Shown here piece by piece: positions 25,759 through 32,000 of a stretch of 32,000 bases of DNA. The stretch lies in NCBI GenBank assembly GCA_963699255.1, contig OY969425.1:810001-842000 (forward strand), in the 5' to 3' direction. Numbering within the stretch: the stretch's first letter is position 1; each line of letters starts with the position of its first letter. The notes under the pieces were generated by a model. The model saw nothing but the letters and a program-made list of their open reading frames with translations. It did no database searches and had not been told where the DNA came from. The stretch is from an uncultured bacterium. Its GTDB lineage: Bacteria > Margulisbacteria > WOR-1 > CAVSGV01. Both the position numbers and the translations under genes were made by a program.

Positions 25759-25895
25759 AAGAGGAGCTAGAAGAGCTAAAGATTGAAACGTCAAGAGGAT
25801 AAGAGGTGAAGAGGGATAAGACGATTTTTTATTTCCCTCTTCTCAACCCCTTAACATCTTAACCCCTTTCACTTCTAGCTCCTCTAGCTCTTCTG
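25759..25895. repeat. ~135-bp imperfect palindrome with a purine-rich left arm and pyrimidine-rich right arm, filling the divergent nfnA / galT spacer
   Basis: gaggagctagaag (25761-25773) pairs with cttctagctcctc (25872-25884). gaagaggga (25808-25816) pairs with tccctcttc (25834-25842). The arms are built from repeated words (gagcta, aagagg, gataag / cttaac, ccctt). Confidence 0.7.
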
Positions 25896-25910
25896 TGCTA
25901 AAATAACATC

Positions 25911-26920
25911 ATGCCGCAGCTAAGGCAAAATCCCGCGACAAAAGAATGGGTGATAATCTCAACCGAACGCTCAAAGCGCCCGGAGGAATTCCAGGTGCCG
26001 GAAGAGAAGGACGGCCCGGAGGTCATAAAGAACTGTCCTTTCTGCGCCGGCAATGAGCACCTGACCCCCGACGAGCTTCTTGCGTTCAGGACTTACGAAA
26101 CAAAACCGGGGACCCGGGCTGGTGGATAAGGGTGGTCCCGAACAAGTTCCCCGCTTTGATCCCCACAGGTAATGTTAAAAGGATGCAGTTCGATGAATTT
26201 TTACGCTATATGGACGGAGTGGGCAGCCACGAAATAGTGATAGAAAGTCCCGATCATAACACGTCAATGGCTACAATGGACCAAAAACAGGTCGAAGAAA
26301 TATTCCTTGCATATAAGGAAAGATATTCCGTGCTCAAAAAAGATACAAGGTTCGAGATGATCCTTATATTCAAGAACCACGGAAGGGAAGCCGGAACGTC
26401 GATAAGACACCCTCATTCGCAGATCATAGCCATGCCGATAACTCCGATCCATATCAGGCATTATATTGAAGAAGCTATGAGGTATTTTGACGATAATGGT
26501 GAATGCGTTTACTGTGAGGTACTGAAAAAAGAACAGAAAAAAGAAAGGATGATCCTTGAAACCGATAACTTTGTCGCCTTTGTTCCTTTCGCCGCCAGGT
26601 CTCCTTTCGAGATATGGGTCCTGCCCAGGAAGCATTATTCGTCATACGAATGCATCTCAGCCGCGGACACGAAAGAGCTCGGGTTTGTAATGAAACAGGT
26701 CCTGGGTAAATTGTACAAGTCATTAAAAGACCCGGCATATAATTTCATGATACTTTCGGCCCCCTGCCATGAGGAGGACCTTGAATATTTCCACTGGCAT
26801 ATACAGATAGTCCCCCGCGTCGCCCAGGTAGCCGGCTTCGAGATGGGTTCCGGTATCTATATCAACACCGTGATCCCCGAAGAAGCGGCCAAATTCCTGA
26901 GAGAAACAAAAGCAGAGTGA
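25911..26920 (+). CDS. galT: galactose-1-phosphate uridylyltransferase (GalT, HIT superfamily), interrupted by a 1-nt frameshift
   Basis: ORF 25911..26129 has the zinc motif CPFCAGNEHLTP. ORF 26132..26920 has VPNKFPAL and the active-site HPHSQI (HxHxQ). In the downstream frame the residues before the GTG read GWWIRVVPNKFPAL, the expected family continuation. The frames join within aaaaccggggacccgggc (26101-26118). Confidence 0.8.
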
Positions 26921-27651
26921 AGACCCGCCTTGACGAGCTCCTAGCCAAAAAAGGCCTGTTCGAATCAAGAACAAAAGCCCAGTCCGCCATCATAGCCGGC
27001 TTGATCCTTGTGGACGGCCAAAAGATCGAGAAGCCCGGCACAAAAGTGGACGAAACCGATGAGATAAGGATTCTTGGCGACGCATGTCCGTATGTAAGCC
27101 GCGGTGGGTTAAAGCTTGTGGGCGCCATCGATAGTTTTAATGTGGACGTGAACGACCTTGTCGCCGCCGACATCGGCGCGGGAACAGGCGGATTTACCGA
27201 CTGCCTCCTCCAGAAAGGGGCAAAAAAAGTTTACGCGATCGATGTGGGATACGGGCAGATCGCGTGGAAGCTGAGGAACGACAAAAGAGTGACCGTGATA
27301 GAAAGAAAGAACGCCCGCGAGCTGTCAGAAAGCGATCTCGGTGAGAAGGTCGACCTGGTGGTGATGGATGTTTCTTTCATTTCTATTCTTAAGATACTTC
27401 CGGCCATCCAAAATATTTTAAAGGAAAGCGGAGATGTGATAACATTGGTAAAACCGCAGTTCGAGGCCGGGAAAGATGAGGTACCGAAAGGCGGGGTCAT
27501 CAGGGACAAAAAGACCCACGACAAAGTATTAAGCAATATCAAGACGGGTGTCGAAGCGCTCGGTTTTAATGTCATTGGACAAATCCAATCGCCGATAACC
27601 GGCCGCGACGGGAACGTTGAGTACTTCATGCATCTGAGGAGGATCCAGTGA
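26917..27651 (+). CDS. tlyA: TlyA-family rRNA 2'-O-ribose cytidine methyltransferase (S4 domain + FtsJ-like MTase)
   Basis: RLDELLAKKGLFESRTKAQSAIIAGLILVDGQKIEKPG (S4-like). YVSRGGLKL. SAM motif AADIGAGTGGFTDCLLQKGAKKVYAIDVGYGQ. The GTG start overlaps the galT stop (GTGA). Confidence 0.85.
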   Translation: MKTRLDELLAKKGLFESRTKAQSAIIAGLILVDGQKIEKPGTKVDETDEIRILGDACPYVSRGGLKLVGAIDSFNVDVNDLVAADIGAGTGGFTDCLLQKGAKKVYAIDVGYGQIAWKLRNDKRVTVIERKNARELSESDLGEKVDLVVMDVSFISILKILPAIQNILKESGDVITLVKPQFEAGKDEVPKGGVIRDKKTHDKVLSNIKTGVEALGFNVIGQIQSPITGRDGNVEYFMHLRRIQ

Positions 27652-28196
27652 TAGCTCCATACGTTGTTATTTTGATCTTTTCTTCCGCTATTGGCGGAGC
27701 GGTGATCGGCTGTGTTTTATTCTTTTTTGCCAGCCGCGTTCTTCTTAGCCAAAAGATGTCGAGAAGGGTCGAACTTGCCCAGTTCTCCCAGGAAGAAGCT
27801 GAGTCCCTGCTGAAAAAAAGAGGGTTCAGGATAATCGACAAACAAAAACGCGCGGATGTAGTGACTTACATCGATGGAAAACCAAATCTCGGTTTCGTTC
27901 AGGCCGATTTTATCGTGGAGAAGAACGGGAGGAAATATGTGGCGGAAGTCAAAGCCGGGGAGCTTGTCTCGGATCCGACAGAACCTTCCACCAGAAGGCA
28001 GCTGCTTGAATACAAGTTCGCATACAAGCCTTACGAGATACTGCTGGTGAACATGCTTGACAGAACGATCCATAAGATCGATTTTGAAGCCCCTTCCTAT
28101 GCGGAAGACAAAATATTCCGGTTGATACTTACGGCGTTAATTGTTATTATTGTTATTGGAGTCATTTGGGTTTTCGCGTCAATTAAGATCCTTTAA
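27648..28196 (+). CDS. membrane-anchored protein with PD-(D/E)xK nuclease-like core, unknown function
   Basis: TM helices at both ends (IAPYVVILIFSSAIGGAVIGCVLFFFA and FRLILTALIVIIVIGVIWVFASI). The soluble core has E...ADFIVEKNGRKYVAEVK, that is D-x12-E-x-K as in YraN-type restriction-endonuclease folds. The GTG start overlaps the tlyA stop, with GGAGGA 6 nt upstream. Confidence 0.5.
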   Translation: MIAPYVVILIFSSAIGGAVIGCVLFFFASRVLLSQKMSRRVELAQFSQEEAESLLKKRGFRIIDKQKRADVVTYIDGKPNLGFVQADFIVEKNGRKYVAEVKAGELVSDPTEPSTRRQLLEYKFAYKPYEILLVNMLDRTIHKIDFEAPSYAEDKIFRLILTALIVIIVIGVIWVFASIKIL

Positions 28197-28202
28197 AAAT
28201 AA

Positions 28203-28288
28203 ACAATTAACAATGACACAATTAACAACATGGAAATATTATCATAATATGTCGCCAATGGCGACACCGCGTTGTTAATTGTTAATTG
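28203..28288. repeat. intergenic palindromic element of the CAATTAACAA family with a central GC hairpin, followed by a 12-bp tandem duplication
   Basis: caattaacaa occurs at 28204-28213 and 28219-28228. Its reverse complement ttgttaattg occurs at 28272-28281 and 28279-28288. The central hairpin tgtcgcc-aat-ggcgaca is at 28250-28266. aattgtaaatta x2 lies at 28292-28315, directly before ATG 28321. Confidence 0.75.
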
Positions 28289-28320
28289 AGAAATTGTAAA
28301 TTAAATTGTAAATTAAATTA

Positions 28321-30126
28321 ATGAAATTCCAGCTTTCTTATTATACAAAACAGAGGATCATTAAGCGCATCATTGATGTTTTCATGGTCGTTTTCCTTCT
28401 GATCACGCTTTTTCCGATTTTCTGGATGGTATATTCCTCTTTCAAAGACAACACCGACATATTAACGGGAAAAATATTCCTCTCCAAAGCCAGCAATGAT
28501 GTAATAGCCATTGACAGGGATTCGAAGAACTTTTACATCGGGACCGCGGACGGCAGGATCACGATACTTGACGGGAACGGAAAAGCCTTAAAGGACAGAT
28601 CGATAAGGTCTTCGGCAACTTCATTCGCTTTTGACGACAACTATGTCTGGATAGCAACTTCAAATAAAGGGCTCGCAAAAATAAGAAAAACCGACCTTAA
28701 GAAAATAGCCTCCTATAGCTACCAGCTTCCCGGAATAGACGTGAACAAGATCGCCTCAAGCGTCATATACAAGGAAGGCGGCAAAATATGGATAAGTCTT
28801 GAGTCAAAAGGTTTTGAAGGCGTCCTGGAATTCGACGAAAACACAAATAAGTTCTCTAGGTTAATCGACATTAAAAGCAGCCTGACCCCGTTCCAGGTCC
28901 TGACTATCTCAAAAGTGGGCAACAAGCTTGTTGTCGGAGGTGACCAGGGATTGCTTTCGGTCGACCTTGGTACCGGACTTGTTCTCCGCACCTACCCCAT
29001 CCAGGTCAGATCAATGACGGCAAAAGTATGGAGGATCGTCCCTCACAACAATGAGCTCTACCTCGGCACATCTGCCGGCGCCCTGGTTTTTGATCTGGGT
29101 TCTGGAAAGATCCTGAAAAGGTATTCGTCAGATAACGGACTTATCTCTGATCAGGTGGGGCAGATAAAAATATACGATGAACTTCTGCTTTTCGGCACGA
29201 ACCAGGGCCTCTCCATAGTCAATAAAAAGACCGGCGAAATAAAGAACTTCAGCGAGCTGTTCTCTCAGGTCAATAAAAGCAAAAATCAAACCTTAACCCC
29301 CGGCGACGTTCTGTCAATAATGAAGAACAACGACACTCTGATGCTTGGAACGACGAACGGGAAGATCGCATATTTCGACCTCAGCAAAGAAAAGGTCACG
29401 GGAGGAACGGTCCTCAAGCGCGGGTATTCAGTTGTGAGATGGAGGAATTTCGTCGACATGTGGTATAACATCGATTTTGGACTGTACCTGAGGAACTCCC
29501 TGCTGATATGCGGAATATCTATGATCATTGCAATGGCCTTCGCGACCATGGCGGCGTATTCATTCTCGCGTTTCAAGTTCCCAGGCGCTGACCTTTTCGG
29601 TAACCTTATTTTGGCAACCCAGATGATCCCCGCTATCATGTACCTGATCCCGATCTACATAATGTTCGTCAAATTCAACGAGGTTACTGGCATTGCGTTA
29701 AAAGGATCTTTCCTGGGGATCATACTCATCTATTCGGCTTTCTTCATTCCTTTCAGCATATGGATACTGAGGGGATTTTTTGCGGCGATACCAAAAGAGC
29801 TGGAGGAGGCCGGCCGCATTGACGGGTGCTCGCAGATCCAGGTATTCTGGTATGTTGTCCTTCCTCTTGCGGTGCCGGGAATCATCGCAACCGGAGTGTA
29901 CATATTCCTGACGGCATGGGATGAGCTGATGTTCGCCTGGGTCCTGTGCAACGCCGATACAATGACCATTCCCGTAGGCATAAGGCTTTTTGTCGGCAAC
30001 TACCAGAACAGGTTCGATCTTATGATGGCAGCTGCGACCGTCGCGACCATACCGGTCATGGTTTTATTCTTCATGCTCCAGAAATATATTATCAAGGGTT
30101 TGACAGCCGGAGCAGTAAAAGGTTAA
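28321..30126 (+). CDS. MalG-type (CUT1) carbohydrate ABC-transporter permease with a ~330-aa periplasmic beta-propeller-like insertion between TM1 and TM2
   Basis: N-terminal TM1 plus WMVYSSFKD, typical of MalG-like permeases. The C-terminal 230 aa form a BPD_transp_1 core with the EAA motif EEAGRIDGCSQIQVFWYVVLPLAVPG. Between them lie about six Reg_prop-like blades (WIATSNKGLAKI, IWISLESKGFEGVLEFD, LVVGGDQGLLSVDL, LYLGTSAGALVFDL, LLLFGTNQGLSIVN, LMLGTTNGKIAYFDL). Confidence 0.75.
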   Translation: MKFQLSYYTKQRIIKRIIDVFMVVFLLITLFPIFWMVYSSFKDNTDILTGKIFLSKASNDVIAIDRDSKNFYIGTADGRITILDGNGKALKDRSIRSSATSFAFDDNYVWIATSNKGLAKIRKTDLKKIASYSYQLPGIDVNKIASSVIYKEGGKIWISLESKGFEGVLEFDENTNKFSRLIDIKSSLTPFQVLTISKVGNKLVVGGDQGLLSVDLGTGLVLRTYPIQVRSMTAKVWRIVPHNNELYLGTSAGALVFDLGSGKILKRYSSDNGLISDQVGQIKIYDELLLFGTNQGLSIVNKKTGEIKNFSELFSQVNKSKNQTLTPGDVLSIMKNNDTLMLGTTNGKIAYFDLSKEKVTGGTVLKRGYSVVRWRNFVDMWYNIDFGLYLRNSLLICGISMIIAMAFATMAAYSFSRFKFPGADLFGNLILATQMIPAIMYLIPIYIMFVKFNEVTGIALKGSFLGIILIYSAFFIPFSIWILRGFFAAIPKELEEAGRIDGCSQIQVFWYVVLPLAVPGIIATGVYIFLTAWDELMFAWVLCNADTMTIPVGIRLFVGNYQNRFDLMMAAATVATIPVMVLFFMLQKYIIKGLTAGAVKG

Positions 30127-30128
30127 TG

Positions 30129-30198
30129 AGCTTACGGCTTACGGCACCGCCCTGCGGGCTACAGCTAACTGCTGTTAGCTGTAAGCCGTCAGCTGTAA
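30129..30198. repeat. word-built hairpin cluster in the permease / GH26 spacer
   Basis: gcttacggc x2 at 30129-30144 pairs with taagccgt and the agctgtaag x2 region at 30177-30198. Inner hairpin cagctaac-tgct-gttagctg at 30161-30180. Small gccc-tgc-gggc hairpin at 30148-30158. No T-tract. Confidence 0.6.
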
Positions 30199-30225
30199 GT
30201 TAAACAAGAAAGGGGTAAAATTGTT

Positions 30226-31848
30226 ATGAAGAGATTGTTTTGTGTTTTGATACTGCTATTTATGGGAGAGGCGTGCTTTGGGCTGTCAGCGCCCTCAGCA
30301 ACATCGTCCGCTTCCATAACATCAACATCTGAAGATGGATGTTACATTGGATTGTTCAGAGAAGGCGCTCCGCAGAATATGGGTTATATTAAGAGCTTTG
30401 AAAAGATGTTCGAGAAAAAGCCCGCAATGATAATGTGGTATGCGGATTTTAATTCCGATTTCCCATCAGAAGATTGTGAAAATGTCTATCGTTACGGCGC
30501 GGTCCCGCAGATAGTATGGGAACCGTGGATCTGGGGAGATGAAGAAAAGATAAAGCTGGATAATATCATAAATGGAGAATGGGACAAACATATAGAAGAA
30601 TGGGCATCGGACGCCGCGGCATATAAGAAAACCGTCTTTATCAGGTGGGGACATGAATTCAATATTGAAAAATATCCCTGGGGCATTGGCAACAACAACA
30701 GGAGCGCGGAAAAATACGTAAAAGCATACCGGCACGTTCACGACATATTCAAGAAGGCGGGAGCAACGAACATTAAGTGGATATGGTGCTTTAATAATTA
30801 TCCTAACCCGAACGAATACTGGAACAGCTGGGACCTGGCTTACCCGGGAGACGAATACATTGATTGGATCGGGATCGACGGCTACAACTGGGGAACAACG
30901 CAAACGTGGAGCGGGTGGCAGTCATTTAAAGATATGTTCCGCGACCAGGTCAGGGAAGCTTCAAAAAAATATCCGACCAAGCCGCTCATGATAGCCGAAT
31001 TCGGGTCATGTGAGGACGGCGGTAGTAAGGCGAATTGGGTAAAAGACATACTCCCTACGCTGAAGATAAGCATGAACCAGGTCAAGGCGCTCGTCATGTT
31101 CGATACAAGAAAGGAATGCGACTGGAGGGTGAATTCATCCAAAAAGTCCCAGGATGCGTATCAATCCATTTTAAGCGACAGCTATTTTCTAAGCTCAGGC
31201 AAAGGCCTTATGAATCTTTCGGTCACAAAAAGCTTGCTGGCGGCGGGAGAAAACAGGTCCGCAGTTGCCAAAAAAACTTCGATCCCTGTGAAGATCGACG
31301 GGAATTTCAGGCCGTTTTCGGCCTGCACCCCCATTGTCATGGACAGCGACATCTTCCTTAAAGAAGGTTCTGACTGGAAAGGGCCAAAAGACCTTAGCGC
31401 GAGAATATATTTGCTGTGGGACAGCACATTTCTTTATATGTTCGCCAAGGTCACGGACAATCTGCCTCTCACTAACAGCAAAACGAACGGGGATATCTGG
31501 AACGGGGATGGCATAGAGGTAACTCTGCCCGGATACCAGATAGGTTTTGGAGCCGGCGACGGAAGCGCGAATAAGCCGTCCATATGGATATGGCAAAAAA
31601 GAAGGCCTTCCACCGGAGAGATCTTTGTGACAAAAACGAACAATCCGACCGGTTATGTGCTCGAAGCAAAAGTGCCATGGAAAGAGATCGGCTCTATCTC
31701 CCCAAAAACGGGCGGGAAGGTCGCTTTTGACATAGCGGTTGACGACGCGGATCAAACGTGGGAGAGAAAGCTACAATTCATATGGAGCGGGGATTATCTC
31801 TTTTATAAAGACCCGGATGTCTGGGGAGTTCTCCAATTTGAAGATTGA
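30226..31848 (+). CDS. secreted glycoside hydrolase family 26-like (beta-mannanase-type) enzyme with C-terminal CBM9/DOMON-like domain
   Basis: Signal peptide MKRLFCVLILLFMGEACFG. GH26-type acid/base region FIRWGHEFNIEKYPWG and nucleophile region KPLMIAEFGS, plus YPGDEYIDWIGIDGYNWG. The C-terminal ~190 aa follow the CBM9-like pattern (VKIDGNF...LLWDSTFLYMFAKVTDN...GDGIEVTL...GYVLEAKVPWKEIG...FDIAVDDAD). Confidence 0.7.
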   Translation: MKRLFCVLILLFMGEACFGLSAPSATSSASITSTSEDGCYIGLFREGAPQNMGYIKSFEKMFEKKPAMIMWYADFNSDFPSEDCENVYRYGAVPQIVWEPWIWGDEEKIKLDNIINGEWDKHIEEWASDAAAYKKTVFIRWGHEFNIEKYPWGIGNNNRSAEKYVKAYRHVHDIFKKAGATNIKWIWCFNNYPNPNEYWNSWDLAYPGDEYIDWIGIDGYNWGTTQTWSGWQSFKDMFRDQVREASKKYPTKPLMIAEFGSCEDGGSKANWVKDILPTLKISMNQVKALVMFDTRKECDWRVNSSKKSQDAYQSILSDSYFLSSGKGLMNLSVTKSLLAAGENRSAVAKKTSIPVKIDGNFRPFSACTPIVMDSDIFLKEGSDWKGPKDLSARIYLLWDSTFLYMFAKVTDNLPLTNSKTNGDIWNGDGIEVTLPGYQIGFGAGDGSANKPSIWIWQKRRPSTGEIFVTKTNNPTGYVLEAKVPWKEIGSISPKTGGKVAFDIAVDDADQTWERKLQFIWSGDYLFYKDPDVWGVLQFED

Positions 31849-31906
31849 CGAATCTCCTCGGGTATGGTAATATTCCCCTTACCCTTCAAAGGAGGCAATA
31901 GATACA

Positions 31907-32000
31907 TGAAGAAACTTATGAGATCTACATCTTTCGGATTGGGCGTCTTATTGCTTGGCTTTCTGGTTTGCGGTTTTGGAGGACCAGCCCCGCAAGCAAA
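31907..32000 (+). CDS. 5' end of a secreted protein/lipoprotein gene (runs off the window)
   Basis: ATG 31907 is preceded by AAAGGAGG. Translation MKKLMRSTSFGLGVLLLGFLVCGFGGPAPQA has a signal peptide and possible lipobox LVC. Confidence 0.5.

Overview
Bacterial chromosomal segment, probably from an uncultivated anaerobic diderm. That placement is inferred from SepF, NfnAB and an SLH-anchored outer-membrane barrel. All functions come from motif recognition by eye; no database search was possible. Genes run on the minus strand from 1 to 25.7 kb and on the plus strand from 25.9 to 32 kb.

Left part: relA/spoT (not in the ORF track because it runs off the edge), a class II aldolase + APS-kinase-like + APH-like kinase trio, and the division-cluster tail yggS-sepF-proC-yggT.

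Centre (7.4-23.2 kb): an operon-like, six-gene, ~15.8 kb cluster. It holds four Sec-signal-bearing proteins resembling phage tail fibres: one with 71 uninterrupted collagen Gly-X-Y triplets, and one giant gene of about 2,280 codons built from perfect 381-bp, 231-bp and 180/60-bp tandem repeats. These are followed by a small protein with a FlgD-Ig/T9SS-like C-terminal domain, translationally coupled to a FadL/PorV-like beta-barrel with C-terminal SLH domains. I consider this a candidate undescribed surface-fibre export and anchoring system.

Right part: nfnB-nfnA, galT-tlyA plus a membrane-anchored PD-(D/E)xK-like protein, a MalG-type sugar permease with a ~330-aa beta-propeller insertion, a GH26 + CBM9-like hydrolase, and the start of a lipoprotein.

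Other signals:
- Four separate 1-nt frameshifts split the APH kinase, galT and (twice) the giant fibre gene. All sit in short homopolymer or palindromic contexts, so assembly error must be excluded.
- A 33-nt GC hairpin element sits in-frame inside both nfnA and nfnB. It is read in different frames and carries a compensatory stem change, resembling Rickettsia palindromic elements.
- At least five intergenic spacers carry long imperfect palindromes built from short repeated words; the CAATTAACAA word recurs in two spacers 22 kb apart.

No tRNA, rRNA, CRISPR array, transposase or integrase was recognised.
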